DNA from: Camelus ferus | Lineage: Eukaryota | Reading direction: 5' to 3' | NCBI RefSeq assembly: GCF_009834535.1 | Contig: NC_045696.1 | Span: 9,922,001 to 9,986,000, forward strand | DNA length: 64,000 nucleotides | Made by a program: the position numbers and the translations under genes | Notes under the pieces: generated by a model | Seen by the model: the letters and a program-made list of their open reading frames with translations, nothing else | What the model was told of the DNA's origin: nothing | The model's database searches: none | In this document: piece by piece, positions 13,183 to 26,835 of the stretch | Layout of the letters: every line of letters begins with the position of its first letter | Numbering within the stretch: the stretch's first letter is position 1

Positions 13183-13818
13183 TGTAATGGTTAATTTAAT
13201 GTGTTCACTCAGCTGGGCCATGGAGTGCCCAGATAGTTGGTCAAACATTATTCTGGATGTGAGAGTATTTTGGGATGCAATTAACATTTACATTGGTGGA
13301 CTTTGAGTAAGCAGATTGCCCTCCATAATATGGGGGAGCCTCACCCAATCAGTTGAAGGCCTGAACAGAATGATGACCAGCCTCCCCTGTTCAAGAGGGA
13401 ATTCTCCAGCAGACTGACTTTGGACTCAAACTGGAACACTGGCTCTCCTGGGTCCCCTGGGTCTCCAGCTTACCAACCCACCCTGCAGATTCTGGATTTG
13501 CCAACCCCCATAATCACATGAGCCAATTCTTTATAATAAATCTTATAAAAATTCCTTTTAATAAATATAAATATATACATATATACAAATCGTATGTAAG
13601 ATTTAGATAAACTTTATATTATATAAGATATATAAATGTATTTTGTATAAATAAGATACATTTATACTTTATTTTAACTTATAAATCTAGTAATTCCTTA
13701 TAGTAATCTTTATATATATATATATCTCATATATAATCTTAATATAATATTATAGTATGTAATTTACATATATTATATATTATACACATTATTATTTTTC
13801 CTCTGGCTTAACTAACAG
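13183..13818 (+). mobile_element. ERVL MLT2 solo LTR (MLT2B/D-like) with expanded TA-rich tract
   Basis: tgtaatggttaattt...ggtcaaacattattctggatgt...gcagattgccctccataatatggggg...cagttgaaggcctgaacagaa; TA-rich 13540-13795. Confidence 0.9.
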
Positions 13819-13829
13819 AGCTGTGGTTG

Positions 13830-15925
13830 CAGAGGGCTCTGTTGAAGTTCCAGTTCCTGCCACAATGGAAAATTTACACAAATCATTACCTGTCTCCCTC
13901 AGAATCAACTCAATTGAGGTAAGAAACACAAAATCCAGGATCCAAAGGAAAAACTATGAGAACTCTGGAAAACAACTGCTGTGTGTGTTAGGTAGGGGAG
14001 AGGTATTGCAGCCTGGGGCAAGGACAGCTAAGGTGCCACTCTAGGAGGATAAAGTAGAAAAAGCAGCTTGAGTTCTGCTCTTCTTCCCTACCCTTGCCTT
14101 GGGACAATCAACAGCTGCCCTCACCCTTTAGAAATTGGTAGTAATGGCCCAGATTGCTGGTTTAGGGACAAAATTAAGGCAGTCCAGAAGCCCAATCCAG
14201 TGAAATGTTTCTGAACAAAAGTGAAGGCTGAGTAGCCTCTGCATTCCCTGCTCTCCCAACCCCAGGGTTGGTTGATGAAAATCTGTAAGTTCCTCTTCCC
14301 AGTACTGCTTCCCCCTGGGAATCTGAAGGGGAAGACTTGGCCTCAAGAGTTGCTTGGTGGGTGACAACAAATGGGGGTGCCCTACCTGAGGCTTTTCCCT
14401 GGGCTTCCCCCTTTTCTCTCCTTGTTCATGAGAACATAGGGATATAAAACAAAAATAGGGAAAAATACAAGATAGGAAAATTATAGAATGGGAATAAATA
14501 ACACAGTAAATCTGCTATCTGGTTAAAGTGATGCAGCTGAAGAATGAATTAATGAGTTGGAAAATCAGATGAGGATGTCTCCAGAAAGAAAATAGGGAAA
14601 TATGCAGAAATGGAAAATAAAAGAAAAGTTAAGAAATCTGTAGAATCACCAGCATTCAAAAACAGGAGTCACAAAATAAAATTAAAATGGAGAGAAGGAA
14701 ATATTTGAAGAATTAATGGAGATAAATTACCCAGAATTAAAGATAAATAATTCCAAATTGAAAGAGTGTACAGAATTCCAAAAGAGGAGAAAGAGGGAAA
14801 AATCCAACACTTACACATATTAGAATTAAATTTAAGCATATCTACTCAAAGAGAAAATTCTGAAAACTCTCCAAAAGAGCACATCATCTACAAAGGAAAA
14901 ATAATCAGGTAGACATCACATTTTTTAACCACAACATTGAATACAAAAAGATAATGGAGTATTAGATTTAAAGCATTGAAAAGGGTACTTTGAACCTCGA
15001 ATTCCATTCCTGGCAATAGTGTCATTCAAATATGAGGATGTAATAAAAATATCCTCCAACATACAAGGCTTGAGGAAGTCAGCCATGCTAAGACTCACAT
15101 TCAAAACACTTTTTGAAGGTAGGATACTCAAATAAGAAAAACAAATCCAGAAGAAACTACAAGAAATATGTGAAATGAAGAGGATCACACATCTTGGAAT
15201 TTTTTGTTGTGGTGGATGGATATTAACACAGTGAAGATACGTTGAAAGGATACGAAAGCATGCTAAAGCTATTTTGCTAAAGAAAAGACACAGATATGGA
15301 ATTTTCTAAGCAACCAAAACAGAAATTTTTTATTTTTAATCTTTTTACTGAAATTACAATTAAGAAGACAGAAACAAATTTAAATACATCAAAAATTACA
15401 TAAATATAAATGGTCTAAATTTTCCAATGAAAAGACATAAATTGTCAGATTAGATTTAAAAAACAAATCTATGTATGTACTATTGGTAAGATATCTAAAG
15501 CATTAAAAACATAAACTGCTTAAACATTAAAGAATGAAAAAAGATAGCAGACAGATGTCAATACTAGATAAAATATACTTTAAGAGAAAAAGCATAATTA
15601 GGACTTGAGAGGATCACTCAATAGTGAAGAAAGGGTTGGTTCCCCAAGAAGACATAGCAGTTTGAAATATGAATGCATCTAATTAACTAGCTCAAAATAC
15701 AAAAAAGATAGAAATTCATGGGAAAACTGACAAATCCATTATCACAGAGGAAATTTCAATTGATAGGTCTCAATTGTTGAAAAGTTTGGCAGACAAAAAT
15801 TAGCAACATGATGAACAAGCTTGACCTAATGACCATATACACCCAATATTCTGTACCCAGTAACTAGAAAATGCACTTAATAATTAGGAAATACACAGCC
15901 TTTTCATACATGCATGAAACTTTTT
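13830..15925 (+). mobile_element. Ancient L1M 5' portion (degenerate ORF1 and start of ORF2 endonuclease)
   Basis: A-rich ORF1-like tract (gaaatatttgaagaattaatggagataaattacccagaatt) and EN start aaatggtctaaattttccaatgaaaagacataaattgtcagatt (NGLN-P-KRH-LSD). Confidence 0.75.
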
Positions 15926-15949
15926 TTAATCTTTGAATATTTAATGGAG

Positions 15950-16250
15950 TTTTCAGTTGAGTTCCCAGACACTCAGAGAAAAAGACTACATTTTTCAGCT
16001 TCCCTTGCTTCTAGGTATGGCCATGTAACTAACAGCTAGCAAGTGGGATGAGAACAGAAGTGATAAAGGCAACTTCCGGATCAGGACTGGATCAAGACTT
16101 GGTTGAGAAGTATCTCAGATCATGCAAAGGGGGCAAAGTTAAGACAGAAGGAGCCCTGGTTCCCAACACTAGACTGTTTATTCTCAGGTTATTTCATGAG
16201 AAAGAAAATTCCATCACGTGGAAATCTCTTCTTGAAGTGGGATGAGTCCC
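15950..16250 (+). mobile_element. ERVL LTR16-like fragment
   Basis: aaagactacatttttcagcttcccttgcttctaggtatggccatgtaactaa. Confidence 0.65.
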
Positions 16251-18699
16251 TTTTAGTTTTGTCTCCCTCATGACCCCGAGCACAGAATATGTATGGAATT
16301 GACAAAACTAAAGCAATGCCCACCAGACTCACCCCAGAAAGAGAAGACATTGATAAGGATGACAGACAGGAAACCAGCCTAGTCTTGCAGCAAAAATCTT
16401 AAGCTGCTGGAGGAGATTTTGAAGGAAGACAACAACGTGGTCAGAATCTTCTGCCCATTGGTTCCAGGAGATGAGACGGATCAGATATGCGGGGTCTGGA
16501 GCGAGGAGTCCCGTCCACAGAGCGGGGCGGGCAGAGAAACAAAGAGGAACCACGAGAGGAAACACACGCCCCACTCACGTGAAGGAAGTGACAGCTACTG
16601 GGACTGAGCAGCCGTTACCTTAGAGGAGGCAGGCTCGTTATGCCAAAACCATATTTGTTTTCAGATTGGTTTGGAGGGACGCATGCTCCTTCGTAAAAAT
16701 AACTAGTTTCTGAAGACAAGAGGAAAATTGGGAGGCAGGTGGCAAGCGTAGGCCACAGTGAAAAAACACATCCCTTCATCACAAATCTCTGAAGATGGGT
16801 GGACACGAGACTGAGGAGAACTGAAGATGGTGAATGAGTCAGAGGAGAAAAACTTAAGGTGGTGACGTCAACAGACTCATAGCGCCACCGTGACAGGGTG
16901 CAGCCAAAGCTTAAAGTCCCTCCGGAGAGCCCCAGCCCCTTACGAGATCATAGGGGTGTACGTGCCAGGAGTTCTAGAAGCAAAGATCAACACATGCAGT
17001 GGAAAAGTACCAGTCTTAGATGGTTGCACTGCAGTTTCTTTCCAAGAATTTCCTTAGCAGGCTGGTATGCCCCACCCACCTGCAGGGAAGGGGAGAGGCT
17101 GGAGATAGCGAGCTCTGAGGTCCAGGGGTGTGGTGCGCACAATAAATCCCCAGGCAGGGGAGGGCTCTCAGAGGCACCTTGGGTGCCCTCTCTTCTCCCT
17201 CCTGGAAGCCTTTCCTACCACCGAGACCTTTCCTACCTTGTCCCTTCTTCCTTGCCCTAACATGCCCAATGCTTCCATGCTCCAAACCCCTTCCAGAACG
17301 TTCTTTCAGAGCCCTCCTCTGAACCCCCTACTCCCCACACCATAAAGTCACGCAAATCTCACTCATGTCTGGGAAGGCAGCCTATTCAAAGCAGTTCACT
17401 CAGCCATCTACAGTTCAGAGCAGCTCCACCTCCCCAGGGCTATTTACAACTTAAAGAGAACCCCAGAGAGCAGCCATGAGCCTGCAAGTCAGTGCCTCCA
17501 CCCAGGCGAGGTATCTGACTCCCCCGTGGGACCTTACAAACTACAGATTTTGGATTTCTACTCATCATCATCTAGGGAAACAGAATACCCAGGAAAGGGG
17601 GTGGAGTGGGAACGTGCAGTTTTCAGCCTTCTGTTTAAGTGCTTCTGGTGCCTGCCAGGGCTGAGAGCCACGGCTGGAGGTGATGTCCAGAGACACTTTG
17701 ACACTTTGAAGCTCCAACTTCACTAAATTACAAGGCGGGAAAAATTTAAATGAGAGTAAAGTTACACCAAGGACTACATAAAGAATCTGAACTGTTGTTC
17801 TTGCTTTCCTCAGCCATCTCCCAGATCGCTCTGCTCCTCCCTCCCTGCTCCTCCACCTGGGCACCGAGTCCCAGCTTTTCAGTTTGGAAAAGGGAATGGA
17901 GAGAAGAGAAAGGAGAAACGACAGGCATTGCTGACGTGCTTCAAAGCCATCTGTACCTGCACCTTTCTGCTTCTTCCCCTTCCCCAGAGACTGGCAATAA
18001 ATGGCTATAAATAAGTAGCAGCTATTAATAATTTCCCTACCATTAGGGTAATGTTTAATCTCTTATTGTCAACCAGAATGGTCTATGGACAAAGGATTTC
18101 TGATTCATTATAGTCATCACTGCCTTAGTGTTAGTCTCCACAGAAAGGTATTTTCATTTCATTTTTATTAGTGCAGTGCAGACTTGAATTTCTTGGCAAA
18201 CCTCAACTCAGTCAATATTTGTTTTGTACTGTTGTTCCTCAGCCTCTAAGTCTTCTAAAACCCAACAAATTATGGTCCTTCCTATTAAGGGCCTTAATTA
18301 TCTTGCTAATAGGCATTCCCTGTTTAAGAACATGATTCTGAACAAGCACTCAGACGTCATCAACCCCAAATGTAATTTTCATTGAGTTACTCGTTGAACC
18401 TGGCTGTGGCCCCATCATGTCTCAGATTAAATTGAAACCAGATTTCCCATCAGGGCTCTTCACCATCAGCCTTTCCCTGCCTGAGAGCTGCCTTCTTGTG
18501 TCCCCTCGCCCAATGGATATCTTCCATTCCCTCCTCCTGGAATCTTCTCCTCCCTGTGCTATCTGGCAAGCTCTCATTCATCCTTTAAGATGGAGACGTA
18601 CCCCCCCCCCTTTTCTTTCTAGGAAGCCTTCCACACCGTCTCCAGCAAGGTTTGCATCTTCTTTTTCTGAGCCTCCCTCTTCCAGAGCTCAGACGTGTT

Positions 18700-19065
18700 G
18701 TCTACACCTCCAAACTCCAGACTCTGAACTTTTCCAGTGCTGGGAATGGGGCTTGGACATCACTGTATCCCCAGTGTCTGGCACAAAACCTATCATGGTA
18801 GGCGGTCAGTAAATGCTGGTTGAATGGAATGAATGTTCCCCCACCCAAAAAAAAAAGCCCACTTGCAGCCAGCATACACAACACTCCCTCTTTCCTCCAT
18901 CTTTCTCAACTTTCGTTCTTTTGGCCTAGAATAAACTGAAAACCACATACCTACCACGAGGGCAAGGGTGGTGTCCATTCCATTCTTTGTTGTATCCCCA
19001 GTGCCTAGAACTGTGCGTGGCACATTGTCAGTGCTCAGGAGATACCTATTAACTCTATGGATCAG
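18700..19065 (+). mobile_element. Two L2 3'-end fragments
   Basis: cactgtatccccagtgtctggcaca...taaatgctggttgaatggaatgaatg and ttgtatccccagtgcctagaactgtgcgtggcaca. Confidence 0.75.
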
Positions 19066-20219
19066 TCCTTCAAACCTATTGCTTCAAAATCCATCTCCTC
19101 TACCCAGCTCTCTCTGCTCCCTCGCAGCACTGTGCCCATCAGTGCCCCTCCTCTGGTTTCCCCATTACCAGGGTATCACTAAGTCAGACCATGACAGAAG
19201 GAGCATTGGAGCTTAGGTAAATTTTTTTTCCAATGTGATGCAATCCAAAAATTGACCACGTACTTATTTTTCTCTCGGTACAAAAAAAAAAAAAAGAAAA
19301 GAAAAGGAGTCCGCTGTGCCAACTTTATAGGTAACTATTAGTTGTTATTATTAGGTAACTATTTGAGTAGGTAGAAGAACAAGGTATTCTGCTCTGTTAA
19401 GCATTGTGGTGGATAGAGAATTGGTGTTTACATCACTCATTCCTCCCTAAGTTTCCAAGAATTAGAACACAATGAAATACACTTCACAGTAAAAACCTAT
19501 TGAATACGATCCCATCTTTCTTGGATGGTTTCTGGATCTGCATGACGCCAGGATCACTCCAAGCAGCATTATCTATTTACAAAAGGTACAGAAGTCCTGT
19601 GGTTAAAGGACCCATTAGAAAGGGTGCTGTGTGCGTTGGCTGGGCACACACTGGCCCTCCACATGCGCTGAGTCTCTCTGTGTCCCAGTGCCCACCCTGT
19701 AACAATTTCATGTCCATAAATGCCAGTGACTTCTCATAACCGGCCCGTTTGCTAATAAAACCAGCCACTGAACTAGCCGTCCGCACTCCTACTCCCAAAC
19801 TCCATCTCCTCGCAAATTCCAGTGGGAAACTCAATTGTTCTGCTTTCTCTTACTCTTGCAATTTCCTTCCCCTTCTATTTATCTTTCTGAAGGTGAGTGC
19901 TACAAAGGACTTTGGGTGTACCCAAAGAGCCATAGCTTTTATAAAACACTGCTGGAGGACCACCCATCACAGGATGAAACAGCAATAAAAATCTCATGCT
20001 TCGAGCTTAGGTTAATCCTTTTGAAAGCACCTGCATGTCGATGGCTCTTATTCTGAGGTGAAAAAGACCGTCTGCGTCCAGAGAGACAGGTGAAAAATCT
20101 GGAGGAGCAATCTAATCAGATCTTGTAGTTAGTCCTGGAGCCCATGACGCATGTCACAAAATGGCTATCATGATATTTCTAATAATAACATCAACAACCA
20201 CAAAAATCATGTCTACCGT

Positions 20220-20375
20220 TTTATGATGTAGGTGTTATTAGCCCCATTTTACAGGTGAGAAAACTGAGGCTTAGGTTGTAGAAAAAGCCAGGCTCGAAAG
20301 CTAGTAAGTGAGGTTGCCAACACTCAGAACCATCTGTGTGCTGCCAAAGCTCATTCTCTTCACCACTCTGCTCAT
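20220..20375 (-). mobile_element. MIR SINE
   Basis: ccccattttacaggtgagaaaactgaggct. Confidence 0.85.
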
Positions 20376-21024
20376 CGAGGTGATCCCCAACCCCATTCCA
20401 TGTGTGTGTATACAAACACACTTATCCCAATATTAGAAGACATTTGTGGTTATTTCGGCTGCCCAGCATCCCTGCATTTGGGGAACATTGTCATCCTATG
20501 GATGCATCTTGTGGGAGGCAGTCCTGGTGCCAAAGCTGAAAACATAAACCGGTCCCTTTTCCCAGCCAACGTTGCCATGAGGGCTTAAGCACATGGCTTG
20601 GGCTCAGCCCATCCAGAGTCTGACCCCGGAGCAGTGATGGTGAGAAGCTGGACCCACAGGAAGCCGTTCCAGTGCAGCCACAAAGGCATCCACACTGCGG
20701 GGCAAAGATGAGGGCCAGCATCCTGGGTGGGTGGGTGGTCATCGGCTGGGGTCCTGGCTGCAGCCTTGGTTTCTCCCATCCTGTCTGCCGCCTTCTGTTT
20801 AGCTTAATGGGCTTGGCTTGCAACAAAAGGGGGTTCACCCACCAAAGGCAAGCATCTCAAGACTGAGAGTATCAATGCTAAGTATCTCACACGGATGCCT
20901 GGGGGTGGGGATGGGGGGAACTGGCCAGCCAACCAGCCTCTCCAGCCTGTCATGTGACTCCTTAACTCCACACATGATCAGAAGTGGGAACAGTGCTAGA
21001 CAACTTTCGAAGCAGGACAGCCCC

Positions 21025-21415
21025 CTTAGTATCTGTTGTTCTGCTCAGACTGCCATAGACTAGACAGCTAAAATAACAGACATTTATTTTCTCACGTTTC
21101 TGGAGGCTGGAAGTCCAAGATCAAGGTGTCGGCAGGGTTGATTTCTCCAGGGGCCTCTCTCTGACTTGCGGACAGCCATCTCTGGTTGTGTCCTTATGTG
21201 GTGGTCCCTGTGTGCCTTTCTCTGTCCTAATCTCCTCTTTTCATAAGGACAGCAGTCAGACTGGACTAGGCCCCAACCTTATAATCTTTTTTTTTTTTTC
21301 AACCTAATCAGCTCTTTAAAGGCCCCCATCTCCAAATACAGTCACATTCTGAGCTACTGGGGGTTAAGGCTTCAACATGCAGATTCAGAGACGGGACACA
21401 ATTCAGCCCATAGCA
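21025..21415 (-). mobile_element. MaLR solo LTR (MLT1B-like)
   Basis: ttctggaggctggaagtccaagatcaaggtgtcggcaggg...tctccaaatacagtcacattctgag...acacaattcagcccatagca. Confidence 0.9.
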
Positions 21416-23119
21416 GTGTCAGATAATTCCATTTGTCCTCATTATACCTCAGTACATGTTAAATGTTAGTATACATTGTGAGGATCTATTGAACAAGGAT
21501 GTATTAATGAAACATTGAAACTGGTATTTCACTCATCACAATACTCACCTGTACTTGAAACTTGCATTTGAGGAAGTGGGAGGCACCTCAGTCATTAGAC
21601 AACATGGGTGCACAGCCTGGGTCAGGCCCTCACAATGTCCTCAGCTCCCCGGGGTCTGACACCCAGTGGCTGGGACCTGGTGTCTGGTCAGGGTGATGGT
21701 CCAAAGTCTGAGCTGGCAGCTGCCACAAGGCTTCAGAGGGAGGAACAGCACCTTCTCCCAGCCGGTCTCTCTGGCCATGCTGTGTATCCCCAGCCCCTCA
21801 CAGATCACCTGGGGGTCTGTGGACTCTCAACCCCCAGTCCATCCTGAGGTCATCAGCTGCTTGGAGTCAGACTTCATCTTGTTCCCCTATAGAGGTCACA
21901 TGGGAGACACGTTCACCTGTCAGCGGGCTGGGCTGTCAGCCACCTGAGGTGCTTACCTGCCACCCGAGCCTGTGCTTAAATGGAAAGAAGTGACTACCAA
22001 AAGGGCTTTGCTTTAAACTTAGGCAAAACAGTGAATGTGCTGAAGAAAAGATTGAGGGGAGAGCTGGTAAATGTCCTTAGCTGAATCAGTTACCCATTTC
22101 CACAAGCCTTGTCTGCCTTCTTCGTTTTAAATGCATTCCACAAATCCTCTCATCCAAGCTTGGACAGGAGACACCATCTTTCCCCCCAGGAAAATCACTT
22201 GTGGGAGAACCGCAGACCCTCCTAGGAATTCTGATGCTCTTAGCAGCACCTGCCCCACTCCCTTCCCCATCCCTTTGCAAATCAAGTAGCCTCCACAGAG
22301 GGTTCTTCTGCCAGGACGTCAGACGCATCGCCCCTCAAGAAGCTGCCTCCACCCAGAGGCCGCATCAGGTTGGGAAATGAGACTTGAATTCGGAAGAGAT
22401 GGGTTCAGTCTTACTCAAGGCTTGTTAACTGTGGGACCTGGAGCAAGGCATGGAGGGCTCTTTACCTCAGCTTTAAATGGCAACAATGGATCTACCCAGT
22501 CCTCCAAGGAAGCCCTTCTAGGAAGCAGACAAGATAACACACCAGAAAGCACCTGGGAACAGCACTGAGCTCGTCAAATGCTTGCAGCCTCCCCTCTCCC
22601 CCACATCCCGGCCTGCTAAGGTCCTGCCCATCCCACAAGTCCCACCCTAGCCTGCAGGCAGTGGGCAGCAGGGGGCTGGCGGCCTGGGCTGTGTGCAGAG
22701 AAGAGCTCGGCTCTGCCATGGGAAGGATCCTCGAGGCCAGAGCCGGCATCCCGCAGGCACAGCTGCAGGCCACTCTCCTCCCAGGGTTGGAGGGATGCAG
22801 ACAGGAGTCCTGCCTCGGATGTGCTGTGATCCAGAAGGGGTTTGAGCCATGGGGAAGCAGAGGGGGTCCTAACAGAGCCCAAAATCAATTGAGTCCAGCT
22901 TGGTTTCATCCTCTGGGTTTATCTGCATTAATCAACACACACCAAGCCAGCAGAGAATCTTGCTGAGGGAGAAGAGGTTAGAGGAGAATTGATTCTGTTG
23001 GTCTCAAGGACCAGATTTGAGCCCCAATAGAGAGAAAACCACAGGAGTATCTATTTTTTAATAGAGTGTCTATTTTTGAGTGAAACTGGGGAAAATGGAT
23101 GAGGCATGGGTGACAATGG

Positions 23120-23465
23120 GTGTCTTAGTCCATGTGGACTGCTGTAACAAAATACCACAGACAGGGTGGCTTATAAACTACAGAACTTTTCTTCTCACAG
23201 TTCTGGAGGTGGAAGTCCAAGCTCAGGGTGGCAGCTTGGTTGGATGAGGGCTGTCTTCTGGGTGGAAGATTCTCCTTGTATCCTCACAGTAGAAAGGGCA
23301 GCCAGCTCTCTGGGGTCTCTATGACAAGGACACTAATCTCATTCATGAGGGCTCCACCTTCATGACCTAATGACATCCCAAAGACCCCACCTCCTAATAC
23401 CATCCCACCTGACTTTAAGGTTTCAACATGAATTTGGGGGTGGTACAAACATTCAGACTATAGTG
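23120..23465 (-). mobile_element. MaLR solo LTR (MLT1A-like)
   Basis: tgtcttagtcc...aataccacagacagggtggcttataaac...cattcatgagggctccacc...aaacattcagactatag. Confidence 0.9.
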
Positions 23466-24121
23466 ATGGGTGCTGCCTACTGGTGAGAAAACCATGTCAC
23501 CCAAGGACTATGTGGCTCAGGGACACCTCAGTTGACAGCCCTTTATGCATAACTGTCACCTGCAATTAGAAAGCTCCCTCCTTCCTCAGATTTTATTTAA
23601 GGACTGCTTCAGATGACCCCTCCTTCACAAAGCCTTTCTGGACCCCCCCAAGGTGAACCTTCCTAAGCTCCCTCACCCCTGTATACATGGCTCCACCTCC
23701 CAAGAGGATTAAGCAGGGTCTGAGAACTCAAGTTCTGCTTCCAACCAACAACATGATTTTTGCACAAGTTACTTTTTCTCTCTGGATGTGGGGATAAGAA
23801 TTCTTGACAGACCTGCCTCTCAAGTTTGTTAGTTGTGAGGCTTGACTGGATAATGAGCATGGAAATGCTTTGCTGGCTCTGATACTTTAGACAATTGTCG
23901 AGTTTTATTATGAACAGACTGTACATTTCTTGAGGGCCCAGGGACACACAGGTCTTTGCTTGTCTTTGCAATCTGTATAATACCAAGCACCTAACCTGCT
24001 CAAAGTCCTGGGCCTCTTGTTCAGTCTCCACACATGTGGTCAAGAAGCCATAAGTCTTGCCCCTAAAGTCCAAAGCCCCAGAAGACTGTGACCCCTGGCA
24101 GGTGGGCACTTGTATACCTGG

Positions 24122-24514
24122 TGTTACAGACTGAATGGTGTCTCCCAAAATTCATGTCTTGACATCCTAACCCCTAGGACCTCAGAATGTGACCTTATTT
24201 GGAAATAAGGTCATCACAGATATAATTAGTTAGGATAAGGCAGGGTAAACCCTACTGCAGTATGACTGGTGCCCTTATAAAAAGGAGAAGTTTGGACACA
24301 GACATGCACACAGGGAGGACGCCATGTGACAATGAAGGCAGAGATGGAGCAATACATCTACAAGCCAAGGAACAGCGGAGATTGCCAGAAGCTAGAAGAG
24401 AAGCCTGGAACAGAGTCTCACACCCTCCAGAACTGTGAGGCAGTCAATTTCTGTTGTTTCAGCCACTCAGTTTGTGTCAAATACTTTGTTACACAGCGTT
24501 AGCAGGCTGATACA
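24122..24514 (+). mobile_element. MaLR solo LTR (MLT1B-like), complete
   Basis: TG...CA ends (tgttacagactgaatggtgtc...ctgataca); 5-bp TSD cctgg/cctag; cagaatgtgaccttatttggaaataagg. Confidence 0.9.
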
Positions 24515-24659
24515 CCTAGCAAATCCTGCCAAATAAGGATTTACCATATTTCCCAGACAAGTGACATGGCTGGGTGAGGGGAGCCCTGGGAAACACTTAT
24601 CTGGGCTGTTTCTCCAAAAGGGTGAGCTCTCCTGAGTAGCTCCCTACACAACCCCACAG

Positions 24660-24790
24660 GGTATGAGGTGTGAGTGTGTGTCGTGTGTGTGTATGGTGTT
24701 TGTGTGTGTGGTGTAGTGTATATGTATGTGTAGGGGATGTGGTGTTAGGTATATGTGTGGTGTGGTAGGGGTGTGGTGTGTGTGTGTGCA
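24660..24790. repeat. Degenerate (TG/TGG) microsatellite
   Basis: Interrupted gtgtgt runs, seen directly. Confidence 0.9.
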
Positions 24791-26835
24791 GAGGGGTGTA
24801 TATTTGGGGGCAGGCAGGATTCTGAGCAGGGAAGGGGGCCTTGTAGCAGGGCAAACTCAGAGACAAAGGCTGCCCCTCAAACCCCTTCTCTACCCCACCC
24901 ACCATCCCCCCAGGGCCCATCAAGCCAAACTACTTTTATTTACCTTCCATCAGCCTGGAGCAGAGACCTGAAGGAATGAAGTACTGATCCTTCCTAGATT
25001 CCTCTTATTCCCCTTTTCCTCTCCTTCCTGCCCCCAAAGTCCAGTGCCAGGGTCAACCTTGAGAACTGATGGGAACTGATGTTTTCTGAGCAAGCAGCTG
25101 AGTTTCGGGCTCTGTAGCAAAAAACAGACATCTGTCTTCTTCTTTGGCTGAAAAAAAAAAAAAAAAAGGTTGGCAAGACACAATCACACACACACAAAGT
25201 GAAAGCAGACAACATTGACCTTCCACTACTGACTGCCCCTTCCCCTCCCCAGATCAGTGCCTCCAAATATAAAATATCGTGCAGAATCCGAGCTGGGCTT
25301 ACAGGGATGGGGACAGAATTCCCGTGAAAGTGAAGTACACGCGTTGGAGGGATTTGAATGGCTCTAGCAAACTGTCCTTTCCCTTTGGAGTCTAGATCCC
25401 GGCTCAGACCCCACAGGTGAGGAAGAGGCCAAAAGCCAGGCCTGGAGGCCGACTCCTAAGCGGACAGCCGGGCTGCCACCCGGACACCGAGGCAAGGGCC
25501 CGCGAAAGTTATGCAGCCTCACGTGCCGCGCGGTATCGCTCGTGCACGTGCATATTTTGGGCCCTTCCTGAGCCGACGGGGACTGTTTGCGTGGAGTGAC
25601 CTGGTGCTCCCGGGCCAGGGACAACTTTGTTTTTGAAAACATCATTTCCTGTAATAGCTTGCGAAGAACTCAAAACCAAAATGGAATGTTTCCAGGCGCC
25701 AGAAACACCCCCCGCCACATTCCCCAGATGGAGATGATTCTCATGGATTCTCCGTAGACATCACCACCTCCTCAGCCTCCTTCTGAGGCAGGAGCTCAGC
25801 CTCTGAGCTGCTTTGGGCCAAACTCCCACTTCCAGAATGTTCTTCAAAGGACATCCCACCAGGAAGGGCAGCGGGCTGTTTGGTCATCCGAGGCAAGTGT
25901 GGTAAGAAATGGCTCCCTTCGGTCCTGGAGATAAAAATGCTGCCATGTGAAAGAGGCCTGCCGGCACCGGCTTTCATCCACTCGCTCATGGTGACCCGGA
26001 GGCTGGTTCCATGGGGTTTTTCATCCCCCCACAAGAGGAGATGAGAGCTTAAGGCCACCCCATCAGAGCAAGGGGTCCTCTGACCTCACATTCTTCCCAT
26101 CACTCTACAGCACTGAGAGTAAACAATACATTAAGTTAGATAACTCAGCCCGGTTGGTTGTGTCTAAATGAGTTACTGTGGGTTATGTGTGAGTTTTTAT
26201 GAGTTTATGGCATGTGTCTGAGTATAAACTAGGATGCCTCCTCCTCTCCCCGAGGAGACAGTGGAATGTTCTTTAAGGACCAAAGAGCTATAAAAGCCAG
26301 TCCATGGTGCACTGGAAAAATAAGGGGTTGGAGTCGAAAGGGCAGGAGAAGAAAGTCTAGGACGAGAGAAAACCCCAAAGGGATCAGCAGACCCATTACA
26401 TCAGAGTCGGGAGTTGCTGGAAAATGTGGGCTGGGAGTAAACAGATCCCCCAGACTTGACTCCTCAGCTAGGAAGGCAGGAGGCAGCCAGGAAGAGGGAC
26501 TGGACTCAGATCAAGTCAGGACCATGGGGACTATCCCCACACTGGCCAGAGCTGTCCTCTGTCCCCATGACTGCCCCAGAGGTTCCAGTCAGCTGCACCC
26601 TTGCCCTCACTGCTAGAGTCCACACTCTGATTCTGGAAGAACCGCCTACATGAGTGGCCATGAGTGATCCACCAGGAGAGGTCACCAAGGGGATGAGAGT
26701 GAGGGACCATCTGGCTGCTCCCAGGGCCTCCAGCCACAGCAGGAAAGACAGAGAGCAAGCAGCTGGCTGGCCCAGGAGGGTTTACTGCATTGAATAAACC
26801 AAGGGTTCAGACCTTATCCAGGAGAAATTGAAACC

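Noticed and set aside
13540..13795. AT-rich tract as an origin or special element
   Set aside because: It is the expanded TA microsatellite typical of MLT2 LTR 3' ends.
24597..24923. His/Thr-rich 108-aa ORF
   Set aside because: It is a translation of the TG microsatellite.
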